Assembly: GCA_965247095.1 (NCBI GenBank)
Contig: OZ251997.1
Coordinates: 1,792,001 to 1,856,000 of the forward strand
Direction: 5' to 3'
Origin: Candidatus Multivorans sp.
GTDB taxonomy: Bacteria; Acidobacteriota; Thermoanaerobaculia; Multivoradales; Multivoraceae
DNA: 64,000 bases
Below, piece after piece: positions 21,294-31,127 of the stretch. Under the pieces are notes generated by a model. That model made no database searches, had not been told where the DNA came from, and saw only the letters and a list, made by a program, of their open reading frames with translations. Numbering within the stretch: position 1 is the stretch's first letter; each line of letters opens with the position of its first letter. The position numbers and the translations under genes are program-made.

Positions 21294-22409
21294 ATGCCCG
21301 CCGTCCACTACCAGCCTGGGAGCTTCCCTCCCGACGACCGACTCGACTGGGCCGACCTCGTGCCCGCGATCGGCCCGGCAACGGCCGCCGTCGCTCGCTA
21401 CGACGGCCTGCTTGAAGCCGTACCGAACCCGGACGTCCTGCTGGCGCCGCTCGGCGCCCAGGAAGCCGTGCTTTCCTCCCGCATCGAGGGCACGCAGGCG
21501 ACGACGCGAGAAGTCCTCGAGTACCAGGCAGGCCAGGAGGCGCCGTCCCCGGAACGCCGCGACGACTTCGTCGAGGTGATGAACTACCGTGGCGCCATGC
21601 GCGAGGCGCAGGCCCTGTTGAAAGACCTGCCCATCTGCCTGAAGGTCGTCCGTCGGGCGCACCGAATCCTCCTCCACGGCGCCCGGGGCCGGGGCCGGGC
21701 CCCGGGCGAGTTTCGCCGCATCCCGAACTGGATCGGCCCGCCCGGCTGCACGATCGACGAGGCCAGCTACGTCCCCATCGACACCGACAAGCTGGCCGAC
21801 GGATTGAACCGATGGGAGAGATACCTGCACGAAGAGACCCGAGACCCGCTGGTGCAACTCGCGGCAATACACGCAGAGTTCGAGGCCCTCCACCCGTTTC
21901 TAGACGGCAACGGACGCCTGGGGCGCATGCTCGTGCCCCTCTACCTCTCGGAGAAGGGTCTCATCAAGCGGCCCATGTTCTACATCAGCGCCTTCCTCGA
22001 AACGAACCGCGACGCCTACTACGAACGGCTTCTCGCCGTGTCGCGCGACGACGACTGGACCGGCTGGTGCCGGTTCTTCCTGGAGGCAGTGCGCGCGCAG
22101 GCCGAAGACAACATCGCCAAGGCAAGGCAAATTCTGAGTCTCTACGACCGGATGAAACGCCACGTCGCCGATCTCACGCACTCCCAGTACGCCATCGCGG
22201 CACTGGACTTCATCTTCGAACTCCCAGTGTTCCGCAGCACGAACTTCATCGCTCAGGACAATGTTCCTGCACCCGCGGCCCGACGCATCCTGAACGTCCT
22301 CCGGGACGATGGCGTGCTGCAGACGCTGCGGCCGGCGAGGGGCCGTCGCGCCGCCATCTTCGTGTTCGACGAGCTCCTCGACATCGCCGAAGGGAGCGCG
22401 ACCGAGTGA
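21294..22409 (+). CDS. fic: Fic-family protein (DUF4172-type N-terminus, probable C-terminal wHTH)
   Basis: Inhibitory SSRIEG motif and catalytic HPFLDGNGRLGR. Confidence 0.95.
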   Translation: MPAVHYQPGSFPPDDRLDWADLVPAIGPATAAVARYDGLLEAVPNPDVLLAPLGAQEAVLSSRIEGTQATTREVLEYQAGQEAPSPERRDDFVEVMNYRGAMREAQALLKDLPICLKVVRRAHRILLHGARGRGRAPGEFRRIPNWIGPPGCTIDEASYVPIDTDKLADGLNRWERYLHEETRDPLVQLAAIHAEFEALHPFLDGNGRLGRMLVPLYLSEKGLIKRPMFYISAFLETNRDAYYERLLAVSRDDDWTGWCRFFLEAVRAQAEDNIAKARQILSLYDRMKRHVADLTHSQYAIAALDFIFELPVFRSTNFIAQDNVPAPAARRILNVLRDDGVLQTLRPARGRRAAIFVFDELLDIAEGSATE

Positions 22410-22418
22410 CGACGCCCG

Positions 22419-22521
22419 CCGTTTGTGTTGCACAAATGTTCGGCAAACTCGCTTGTGCAACACTTCGGCACCAAGAGTGCGACACAAACTGGTTTGTCGC
22501 GCACAAGTGCAAGACAATGAG
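22419..22521. repeat. 103-bp imperfect palindrome, copy 2
   Basis: Shares TTGTGCAACACTT and GACACAAAC..GTTTGTCG with copy 1. Confidence 0.85.
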
Positions 22522-22589
22522 CCGCAACCGGCGGGCCCTGGCCGGCGTCGTCCGTCGCAACGCGCCACCGTGACGCCGCCCCGCCGCTC

Positions 22590-23487
22590 ATGAGACTCTC
22601 CTGGAACGAGATCCGCCCCCGAGCCGCCGCGTTCGCCCGCGACTGGGCCGACGCCGGCTACGAGAAGGGCGAAACGCAGAGCTTCTACAACGACTTCTTC
22701 ACTAGATGCGGAACCAGCGGCCGAGAAATACATGCGGCCCTACGTTGGATCGCGTGAGCACATCCAGCGCCGGCAACGTTGGATTCTGGCCCTTCAGGAA
22801 GCCGAGCCAAACGACCTGGCGGCCATGCAATCGGTCATAAGGCGAATGAGAGCGGTCAAGGCGTTTCGATCCAGGAGCACGAGGAAGAGCACACTCGCAA
22901 TCGCCGACTCTCCGCGCCGCTACAACGTCGAGGTTCTGCCCACGGGGCCCTTCCTGGTCGTGCCCGAAGTCAGTTCGGAAAGGCGCGACTACGTCCCAAT
23001 CTGTTGGCTGGAACCACCCACCATTCCAAGCAACCTGGTCCGCATCGTCGAAAGCGCGACCAAGCCCCTCTTCGCCCTCCTGACCTCCGCCATACACATG
23101 GCTTGGCTCCGGCAGGTCGGCGGCCGCCTCAAGAGCGACTACCGCTACTCGATCGGCCTCGTCTACAACACGTTCCCGCCGCCGGCCGAACCGCAAGCGC
23201 TCGAACGCCTGACTCCGCTGGCCGACGCGGTCCTCGAAGCCCGCGCCAACCATCCCGGCGCCACGCTCGCCGAACTCTACGATCCCGATCTGATGCCCAC
23301 CGACCTCCATCGCGCCCACCGAACGATCGACCGCGCGGTCGACCGTCTCTACCGCCCCCGCCGCTTCGAGACCGAGAGTGACCGCCTTGAGCACCTGCTC
23401 GCCGCCTACGAACGCCTTCAGGCGCCACTGGCCGCACATGCCGCCGACAGGCGGAGGCGCCGGCGGAGACCACGGCCGCCACGCTGA
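22590..23487 (+). pseudogene. MmeI-family (type IIL) restriction-modification gene with a large internal deletion
   Basis: N-terminus MRLSWNEIRPRAAAFARDW...FYNDFF is joined out of frame near 22700 to the C-terminal part (VSSERRDYVPI, GGRLKSDYRYS, TLAELYDPDLMP). Confidence 0.88.
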
Positions 23488-23519
23488 GGATGAGACAACC
23501 GCCGAGCCTTGCTCAGCGA

Positions 23520-23729
23520 GTCGGCGGCTCCTGGTAACACGCGTTCGTAGCCAGCCATAATCTCTGGCGGTGGCACTGGGCCACTATGCTGAGTCCAGAC
23601 AACCAGCGTCTGGCCATCTGAATCCGACCCCTGGCGAGAATTCTGTTGCTCAAGGGACCCGACATCGCCCGACGGGGAACGGCTCAGCACGCCGGCCTTC
23701 TTGGGCCCGCGACGCTTGGAACGACTCAC
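23520..23729 (-). pseudogene. Truncated DUF2335-like gene
   Basis: HSGPVPPPEIMAGYERVLPGAAD, after which similarity stops; GTGA overlap with the upstream stop. Confidence 0.7.
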
Positions 23730-24358
23730 GATCCTTCGACTGTCGGCCTGGTCCGGTCCATGGCATCCCGAATGTAGCCTCCGACTTCGGCCCAGACTCG
23801 GCCCAGCGCATTGGCGCCGTTCTCTCGACTGCTTGGATTGACGCGGCTTGGCACCGGCCAATCGAACGCGCGGGCCATACCGCGCAGGAAGGGATGGGTC
23901 GTAGCCTCTTCGCGGGTTGGCGTGAAGGACGCAGGCAAGGCGGCACGCCCAGCCATGTCAGGCGCATACTCGTAGATGGCTTCCAGCAGCTCCCGCAAAT
24001 CGAGGGATAGCACCCAATTGGAAGCCCTCGCCAAGTAGTCCCGAACGTACGTCGGCATGTTGGCGACGTTTCGCTTTCCCCGCTCAAAGCCCTCGTCAGT
24101 GAGACCGTAGATTCGATACGGCAAGCGCGCGTCAACCACGGCAAGACCGGCCCGCGCCAGATCCTCGAGCTCGACGTACACCGCCCTGTCGAAAGGCCCG
24201 TACTCGTCCGGCTGAAAGTCGAAGTACGGAGAATGCCACTTCCCATCGAGCTCCCGGTCGAGCAGGAAGAAGTACTTCTGCAGGCGCACCGGGTCGAAGC
24301 GTGCGTCCGCTCCCGCGGCGGCCATTGCGGCCAAGACGAAGGTCGGTCGGTCCGTCAC
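23726..24358 (-). CDS. Panacea/SocA (DUF4065)-like protein with C-terminal extension; start may be 24394
   Basis: RLQKYFFLL...F.P..YGPF...VY pattern. Confidence 0.65.
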   Translation of the reverse strand: MTDRPTFVLAAMAAAGADARFDPVRLQKYFFLLDRELDGKWHSPYFDFQPDEYGPFDRAVYVELEDLARAGLAVVDARLPYRIYGLTDEGFERGKRNVANMPTYVRDYLARASNWVLSLDLRELLEAIYEYAPDMAGRAALPASFTPTREEATTHPFLRGMARAFDWPVPSRVNPSSRENGANALGRVWAEVGGYIRDAMDRTRPTVEGS

Positions 24359-24521
24359 AGCGCGAATAGTGACACGCGAAGCGCCGTATGTCACACGCGA
24401 CCCCGCCCCTCACCCTGCCCGTGCCGGTCACTGCCGCTTCGGGTGCGACGGTATTCTCTCAACTCTGGCTATACGGCCGGTAGGCCGGCGGGCGGCAGCG
24501 CCAAGACCTCGGCCCTGCCGC

Positions 24522-25607
24522 CTACTCGCGGCCCGACCCGGACCCCGTGCTGGCCCCCTGCGCCTTCTTCTCGTAGTACTCCTTCTCGAGCAGCCGGGCG
24601 CCGCGGAGGATGTTGCCCATCGCGTAGTTGCCCTCGTGGCAGGCGTACTCGTAGAGGAGGTCATCCGTCCCCGGCCAAATGAGCTCACCGCTGTAGGGCG
24701 CCGCGTAGTCCGTGTCGTGGACGGTGAACGCGTAGAGCAGATCCTTCGCGCCGTGGCGGCTGAAGCGCTCGGTCACCTTCAGGCCGTCGCGCGGATCGCT
24801 CTGGCTGTCCAGGAAGTTCGTCGTCTCGACGACCAGGGTGTCGCCTTCCCACCAGCCGATCGAGTCGCCGCCCAGGGAGCGGTACTCGGCCGGCGCGTGC
24901 TCCGCGTTTATTCGAACGACCTTGGCCCAGTGCATCCACTCGACCAGGATCACGACGTGGTTCTCGGTCTGGGTGATCGTCTTCAGGTTGTTGTAGGGCA
25001 GGGAGCGAACCGGCGTGGTGGCGACGCTCGTGTAGATGCAGCGGTCTCCGGGCGTCAGCGACTCGGGGCCGTTGTAGGGGTCGTCGTCTGCCTCGATCCA
25101 CCAGGCGTCGCCGGTGTTGCGGTACATGTAGGGGTTGACCGTGGCCCTGCGCGCCTTGCCGGCCTCGGTCAGCTCGGGCATGCGGCCGTTCGGCGGATCG
25201 GTCAGGACCGAGGTGCGGTACTGGCCGTCGATCGGGTAGGTCCGGTCGCCGAAGTCGAGCCAGAAGAAGTTGTAGCCGCCGACCGCGCCGGCCGCGCCCG
25301 CGGAGCCGTCGCCACCCGGCGGCGGCGCCTCACGGCCGGGATCGCTTACCGCGTCGGCGCCTGCCCGCGCCGCCGCCATCCCCTTGCCGATCTGTTCCGC
25401 CTCCTCGACGGTCATGTGCAGCTTGTCTCCGAAGCGGGGATCCCGCTCGAAGGGCGTCAGGTTGCCGACGTCGTAGTTGCCGGAGAGGTCCGGACGGCCG
25501 CTTGCCGTACGCGGAATGTCGTCGTCACCGGCGGCGGCCAGGGGCGCCGCCAGAAGCGACGCCAGGACGAGAGCAATGAACGCGGAGTTCGTGCTGCGGA
25601 TGGACAT
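24522..25607 (-). CDS. Secreted hypothetical protein (PRT..G.PDLSG family)
   Basis: Signal peptide, AGGAG RBS, GDSIGWWEGDTLVVETTNF, YEYACHEGN. Confidence 0.8.
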   Translation of the reverse strand: MSIRSTNSAFIALVLASLLAAPLAAAGDDDIPRTASGRPDLSGNYDVGNLTPFERDPRFGDKLHMTVEEAEQIGKGMAAARAGADAVSDPGREAPPPGGDGSAGAAGAVGGYNFFWLDFGDRTYPIDGQYRTSVLTDPPNGRMPELTEAGKARRATVNPYMYRNTGDAWWIEADDDPYNGPESLTPGDRCIYTSVATTPVRSLPYNNLKTITQTENHVVILVEWMHWAKVVRINAEHAPAEYRSLGGDSIGWWEGDTLVVETTNFLDSQSDPRDGLKVTERFSRHGAKDLLYAFTVHDTDYAAPYSGELIWPGTDDLLYEYACHEGNYAMGNILRGARLLEKEYYEKKAQGASTGSGSGRE

Positions 25608-25731
25608 GTCAACTCTCCTCGCAGAGGTTCGCGTGTGCCGATTCTGTGGCGCTGGACGGGTACGAGAGTACTGCATCGCCCGTGGCGCCTGCACGTTCCC
25701 GGCCGTCCGGTGTGCGCTCTCCTGAGGCGCT

Positions 25732-27066
25732 TCAGCGCGGCGGCAGCCAACCGCGCGGGGGCCGGAAGTAGACCTTCAGGTTGGCTTCCCGCGGGCGCTC
25801 GGGAGACAGGTTCTCGAACACGCCGTACACGAACGTGCCGTGGTCGTGACGGTGGATCGCGGGATTGCCCCGCCAGCGGGCGTCGCCGATGTCGCACGGC
25901 TGCTCCGGGAGACAACCGCCCCGCGCGCTCAGATCGGCAGCCTCGTACTGGAAACCGACGAACCTCGCATCCCTTGGCAGCAGAATGCCGACGACCTGAC
26001 AGGAGCGCTCCGGATCGAGGACGGGGATCAGCAACTCCTGGACTTCCGCCCGGATCAACGGCGGCAACAGCCGCAACACGTCGTTGCCTTCGGGCGACGC
26101 CAGGGCGCCGGTGTAGGCGCGGAACTCTTCCGGCAACGACCGTTCGACGATCGCCGCCGCCCGCTCCAGACGCCCGGCGAGATCGGCCGCGCACGCCGTC
26201 GTCTCCCCGGTTCGGGCTTCCGCCGGCCAATGGCTCGATACGGACCATTCACCGGGCGCGCATTCGGGGCAGGCGCCCGCGCGTAGCAGGGTGGGGTTCG
26301 CCAGCAGGCGGACCACGACCGGCTCGGGTTCGGGCACGGGTTCAGGCGCGGGCTGCTCCGCTACCGCGACCGGTTCCGGTTCCGGCGCGGGCTGCTCCAC
26401 GACTTCCGCCGGCTCGGGCGCGGGCGTCTCCACTACGGGCGGCGGCTCCTCCGGCTGCGCCACCGCGACGACGGGCTCCGCCGGCGCAGGCTCCTCCACA
26501 GGCGGCGCCGGGGGATCCGCCGGCGGCGCTTCGACCGCCGGGGGCTCGACGACCCGGGCCACGTTCTCACGCTGGAGCCGACGCTCGCGCTGTTCGGCGC
26601 GCCGCTCCGCCCGGCGCTGCGCCCTGTTCATCGACCGGGCAGAGCCGGCGCTCGCCGCCTGTGTGGCCGCGCCGAGGCTCGAGTAGCTCACCTTCATGGG
26701 CGCCCAGAAAGGACCCGTTCGTTGACTCGAGGTGAACCCCACCTGGGGCCGCTTCCCATCCTCCAGCCTCAGGTAGGAGTTCACGATCATGAACCCCTGG
26801 CGCATGAGTTGGACTTCCCATTCACCGGCCGCCAGGCCGGTCACCTCGACTACGCCCGCCTCGTTCGTGAGCAGCGGCGGCGGGCCGCCGGAGCGGTCGG
26901 CCTCCGCGAGCTGCACGATGACCCTGACCTCCGGCACCGGTTGCCCGGCGTCGTCGGCCACCGTGACGCGGAACGCGTGGTCGCCGCTCCAGTCCTGGGC
27001 CGCCGCGACCACCGGCAGGGCCGCAAGCAGCGCCGCCAGGGTCAGCGGGCGCCGGCGCGCTCTCAT
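25732..27066 (-). CDS. Secreted carboxypeptidase-regulatory-like protein with Pro/Glu-rich linker
   Basis: Signal peptide, V.D.AG.PVP, EQPAPEP repeats, Cys-containing C-domain. Confidence 0.7.
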   Translation of the reverse strand: MRARRRPLTLAALLAALPVVAAAQDWSGDHAFRVTVADDAGQPVPEVRVIVQLAEADRSGGPPPLLTNEAGVVEVTGLAAGEWEVQLMRQGFMIVNSYLRLEDGKRPQVGFTSSQRTGPFWAPMKVSYSSLGAATQAASAGSARSMNRAQRRAERRAEQRERRLQRENVARVVEPPAVEAPPADPPAPPVEEPAPAEPVVAVAQPEEPPPVVETPAPEPAEVVEQPAPEPEPVAVAEQPAPEPVPEPEPVVVRLLANPTLLRAGACPECAPGEWSVSSHWPAEARTGETTACAADLAGRLERAAAIVERSLPEEFRAYTGALASPEGNDVLRLLPPLIRAEVQELLIPVLDPERSCQVVGILLPRDARFVGFQYEAADLSARGGCLPEQPCDIGDARWRGNPAIHRHDHGTFVYGVFENLSPERPREANLKVYFRPPRGWLPPR

Positions 27067-27320
27067 CCAAGCGCCCCCGGCGGTGTCACGTTCTTCTCCG
27101 GAGGCTTGTCGGGCGGCGGGCGCCGGTCCCGCCACATACCCGTCATCAGGGTGAGCAGGCCGAACACCGCCTCGTCGACGAAGGGCAGGAGGTCGGGAAC
27201 AAACAGATCGACGAGAAAAATGACCGCCAGCAGGACGAAGAGTTGCGGGAAGCGCAACCCGCCCAGGAAGGAGAGCAGGGACGGGCCACCGCCACGTTGT
27301 GCGGGAGGCTGATCGGGCAT
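27063..27320 (-). CDS. Small membrane protein (DUF6116-like)
   Basis: LRFPQLF...VPDLLPFVDE; ATGA overlap with the next gene. Confidence 0.7.
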   Translation of the reverse strand: MPDQPPAQRGGGPSLLSFLGGLRFPQLFVLLAVIFLVDLFVPDLLPFVDEAVFGLLTLMTGMWRDRRPPPDKPPEKNVTPPGALG

Positions 27321-27407
27321 CAGGCAGCATTCTATCGCCGGAGTGGAGCGGCCCGGAAAACCGCAAGCTGGAAACACCGGCCGGACGCCGCGTTAACCTC
27401 CGTGGCG

Positions 27408-28169
27408 GTGACCGAGCAAGCGATCTACTTCGAGCCAGCGATTGTCTACCCCGCCCTCGCGCTCGCCGGCTTCGTTGCCGGGGTCCTGAACGTAGTGGCG
27501 GGCGGCGGTTCCTTCCTGACCCTGCCGATCCTCATCTTCTTCGGATTGCCGCCCGGGGTCGCCAACGGCACCAACCGGGTGGCGATTCTGTTGCAGAACG
27601 CGGTCGCCTCCTGGGGCTTCCACCGCCACGGCGTCCTCGACCCCAAGGCGGTCCTGTGGGCGGCTCTGCCGGCGACGGCGGGCGCCGGTCTCGGCGCCTG
27701 GGCCGCGCTCTCGATCAGCGACGACGCCTTCCGCAGGCTGCTGGCGGCGCTGATGGTCGTGGTGACCTTCTGGACCCTGGTCTCCCGCCGCTCGGAACCG
27801 AAGGAGCAGCCGGCGGCGCTGCGGGTCGGGATGCTGGCGGTCGGGTTCTTCGGCGTCGGCATCTACGGCGGGTTCGTGCAGGCAGGGGTCGGCTTCTTCA
27901 TCCTCGCCGCGACCTCCCTGGCGGGCCTCGACCTGGTGCGCGGCAACGCGGTCAAGGTACTGAGCATTCTGTGCTTCAGCACCCTCTCCCTGGCCCTGTT
28001 CGCGCTCTCGGGAAAGGTCGACTGGACTCTCGGCCTGGCGCTGGCGGTCGGCAACATGGCGGGGGGCTGGCTCGGCGTGCGGCTGACCGTGCTCAAGGGG
28101 CACGTCTGGATCGGCCGGGTGGTCACGGTCACCGTGATCGTGTTCGCGATCCGGCTGTGGTTCGGCTGA
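27408..28169 (+). CDS. TauE/SafE family transporter
   Basis: AGGGSFLTLP, ANGTNRV, GIYGGFVQAGVG. Confidence 0.9.
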   Translation: MTEQAIYFEPAIVYPALALAGFVAGVLNVVAGGGSFLTLPILIFFGLPPGVANGTNRVAILLQNAVASWGFHRHGVLDPKAVLWAALPATAGAGLGAWAALSISDDAFRRLLAALMVVVTFWTLVSRRSEPKEQPAALRVGMLAVGFFGVGIYGGFVQAGVGFFILAATSLAGLDLVRGNAVKVLSILCFSTLSLALFALSGKVDWTLGLALAVGNMAGGWLGVRLTVLKGHVWIGRVVTVTVIVFAIRLWFG

Positions 28170-28284
28170 ACGCCTTTCGGCCGGCGCGGCTATGCTCCGC
28201 GCCGCACGTTCAAACAGGAGTCGAGTCGCGGCGTCCGCGCCGCGCTGACGCACAGGAAACAGGGCTTATGCAAGGAGATCAACC

Positions 28285-29055
28285 GTGGCTTACGACGCAT
28301 TCGACCTGAGCGGCACCGTGGCGCTGGTGACCGGCGGCAACTCCGGCATCGGACTCGGCTTCGCCGAGGGTCTGGCGCAGGCGGGCGCCGATGTCTGCAT
28401 CTGGGGAACCAACGAGACGAAGAATGCGGCCGCGAAGGAGCAGTTGGAGCGCCATGGCACGAAGGTCGAGGCCCTGCGCTGCGACGTCGGCGACGCCGAC
28501 GCGGTGGCGGCATCGTTCGAACGCACCGTGGAACTGCTGGGCAAGGTCGATTCCTGTTTCGCCAACGCCGGCATCGGCGGCAGCGGCACGCCCTTCGTCG
28601 ACATGTCGATGGAAGAGTGGCGCCGGATCTTCCAGGTCAACATGGAGGGTGTCTTCCAGACCTTCCAGCAGGCGATCCGCCACATGGTCGAGCGCGGCGA
28701 AGGCGGCGCCCTGGTCGCGACCAGCAGCCTGTCCGCGATCTTCGGCGCACCCCGCAGCGAGCACTACGCGTCGACCAAGGCGGGCCTCAACGCGATGGTC
28801 CGCGGTCTCGCGGTCGAGCACGCCCGCCACGGCATCCGCGTCAACTCGATCCTGCCCGGCTGGATCGACACCGCGATGACCGAGCGGGCTCTCGGCACCG
28901 AGGGTTTCCAGACCAAGGTCCTGCGCCGCGTCCCGCTGCGTCGCTGGGGAACAGGCTCGGACTTCAGCGGCATCGCCGTCTACCTGGCCAGCAACGCCTC
29001 CGGCTACCACACCGGCGACGAGTTCGTGATCGACGGCGGCTACGCCTGCTTCTAG
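28285..29055 (+). CDS. SDR oxidoreductase
   Basis: TGGNSGIG, NAG, YASTK. Confidence 0.95.
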   Translation: MAYDAFDLSGTVALVTGGNSGIGLGFAEGLAQAGADVCIWGTNETKNAAAKEQLERHGTKVEALRCDVGDADAVAASFERTVELLGKVDSCFANAGIGGSGTPFVDMSMEEWRRIFQVNMEGVFQTFQQAIRHMVERGEGGALVATSSLSAIFGAPRSEHYASTKAGLNAMVRGLAVEHARHGIRVNSILPGWIDTAMTERALGTEGFQTKVLRRVPLRRWGTGSDFSGIAVYLASNASGYHTGDEFVIDGGYACF

Positions 29056-29085
29056 GAAGCAGCCGGCACCAGGGCCGCGCGGGCT

Positions 29086-31127
29086 CTAGGCGGAACTTCA
29101 CGGGCGATTTCGGTGGCGTTTGGCAGTAGATCGCTGACGGCAGTTGATTTCCCGGCGCTCCGGGCGGGCCGGCGTGCTGGATATTTGTTTACATGCATGA
29201 TGATGTATACATGTAGACTTCTCTATCTGTTCCCTGTATGATCTATCCACAGAGTGTTTACATGCTCGACGAAGCGACGTGTCCTTCCGCATCGACGTCA
29301 TCTCCAACCACGGCCGCTCGCCACAGACTCTTCTGCGGCAGTCCTGGCGAGAAGGCAAGCGCGTACGACACAAGACCGTCGCAAACCTGACCAAGCTCCC
29401 GCCGCACGTCGTCGACGGTTTCCGCGCCGTCCTCAAGGGCGGCGCCGTCTTCACCGGCATCGACCAGGCCGTCTCCATCCGAAGGGCCCTCCTTCACGGC
29501 CACGTCGCCGCCATCCTCGGCGTCGCCCGAAAGCTCGGACTCCCGCGCATCCTCGACCGCAAGAGCACACGCTGCGGCAAGCTCGCCCTCGCCGCGGTCG
29601 TCGCCCGCATCATCGACCCTGCCTCGAAGCTCTCCACCGCACGGCATCTCTCCCCAGACACGGCCGCCTCGAGTCTCGGGGCCATCCTGGGGCTCGGGCA
29701 CGTCACCGGCAACGAGATGCTCGCCATGCTCGACTGGCTTCACGGTCGGCAGCGTCACATCGAAGCCAGTCTCGCGAGGCGGCATCTTGCCGGAGGGACT
29801 CTGATCCTCTACGACGTCAGCTCAAGCTTCGTGGAGGGCAGGTGCTGCCCGCTCGCCGCCTTCGGCCACAACCGGGACGGGAAGAAAGGCAAGAAACAGA
29901 TCACCTACGGGCTTCTCTGCAGCGCCGACGGGTGTCCGGTGGCCGTCGAAGTCTTCTCGGGCAATGTCAGTGACCCGTCCACGGTGAGCTCTCAGGTGCT
30001 CAAGCTCCGCAAGCGCTTTCGCATCGAGCGGATCGCACTGGTCGGGGATCGGGGCATGCTCACCAGCGCGCGCATCCGTGAGGACGTCAAGCCCGCCGGG
30101 CTCGACTGGATCTCGGCGCTGAAGACCACCGAGATCCGAAAGCTGCTCGTCGCGCGAGAGCCCGGGGAGGACGCCCGGCCGCCGCTTCGTCCAGAGGACC
30201 TCGCGGCCGATCAGGTCGCCGAGATCACCAGCCCGGACTTCCCCGGCGAGCGCCTGATGGTCTGCTTGAACCCGCGTCTGCGCGAGGAACGGGCGCGAAA
30301 GCGCGAGGACCTGCTTGCGGCAACCGAGGCCGCCCTCGCCGAGATCGCCACAAGTGCGCGGAGGCGACAGCCCGGGGCAAGCAACCGCGACCGCATCCAC
30401 GCCGCGGTCGGCGAACAGGCCAACCGGTGGAAGATGCGCAAGCACTTCGACATCGAGGTGCGCGATGACGGAATCAGTTGGCAGCGCAACCGGGAGAAGA
30501 TCGACGCCGAGTCCCGGCTCGACGGCGTCTACATCATCCGCACCAGCCTCTCGGACGCCGATATCGACGCCGAGCGGACGGTCGAGGCCTACAAGGCACT
30601 CTCACGCGTCGAACGCGCCTTCCGCGCGATCAAGACCGGTCGGCTCCAGGTGCGTCCGATCCATGTCTACGCGGAAAACCGGGTACGGGCCCATGTCTTC
30701 CTCTGCATGCTCGCCTGGTACCTTGAATGGCACATGCGCCGCGCGCTCGCGCCGCTCCTCTTCGAGGACGACGACCCCGAGGGCGCACGCGCCAAGCGCT
30801 GCACCCCGGTCGAAAAGGCCCGGCCATCCGACAGCGCGAGGAGGAAGGCTGCATCCAAAGCCACGCCCGAGGGCCTCCCCGTCCAGGCCATGGCCGATCT
30901 GCTGAACCACCTCGGAAGCCTGACCCTCAACGAGGTCACGCTCCCAGGTCAGCCCGACAGCCGATTCATGGTCACCGCCGAGCCAACGCGACTACAGGCC
31001 AAGGCCTTCGAACTCCTCGCACTCCCGCCCGAAACACGTGTTTACAGCAACCGGACACCCTAATCTGGAGATCTTCCCCGTGATTACAGCCGTTTTGTGC
31101 TTCCAAGCCAAGTGAAGTTCCGCCTAG
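29086..31127 (+). mobile_element. IS1634-family insertion sequence
   Basis: Perfect IR GCGGAACTTCAC (29090-29101 / 31112-31123) with CTAG on both outer sides. Confidence 0.9.
29279..31063 (+). CDS. IS1634-family transposase
   Basis: LYDVSSS, GHNRDGKKGK.QI, VGDRGM, Y..L..VERAFR. Confidence 0.92.
   Translation: MSFRIDVISNHGRSPQTLLRQSWREGKRVRHKTVANLTKLPPHVVDGFRAVLKGGAVFTGIDQAVSIRRALLHGHVAAILGVARKLGLPRILDRKSTRCGKLALAAVVARIIDPASKLSTARHLSPDTAASSLGAILGLGHVTGNEMLAMLDWLHGRQRHIEASLARRHLAGGTLILYDVSSSFVEGRCCPLAAFGHNRDGKKGKKQITYGLLCSADGCPVAVEVFSGNVSDPSTVSSQVLKLRKRFRIERIALVGDRGMLTSARIREDVKPAGLDWISALKTTEIRKLLVAREPGEDARPPLRPEDLAADQVAEITSPDFPGERLMVCLNPRLREERARKREDLLAATEAALAEIATSARRRQPGASNRDRIHAAVGEQANRWKMRKHFDIEVRDDGISWQRNREKIDAESRLDGVYIIRTSLSDADIDAERTVEAYKALSRVERAFRAIKTGRLQVRPIHVYAENRVRAHVFLCMLAWYLEWHMRRALAPLLFEDDDPEGARAKRCTPVEKARPSDSARRKAASKATPEGLPVQAMADLLNHLGSLTLNEVTLPGQPDSRFMVTAEPTRLQAKAFELLALPPETRVYSNRTP

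Noticed and set aside
21167-22521. The 103-bp repeats as integron attC sites, CRISPR repeats or Tn7-like ends
   Set aside because: No RYYYAAC/GTTRRRY boxes, only two copies 1.25 kb apart, and no flanking target duplication, integrase or transposase.
26310-26560. Tandem repeat-like DNA
   Set aside because: Explained by the coding Pro/Glu-rich linker (EQPAPEP).
24369-26735. Long plus-strand ORF (788 aa) and similar long antisense ORFs such as 33306-35531, 7582-9423 and 53413-55416
   Set aside because: Shadow frames of real genes in high-GC DNA; low-information translations with no motifs.
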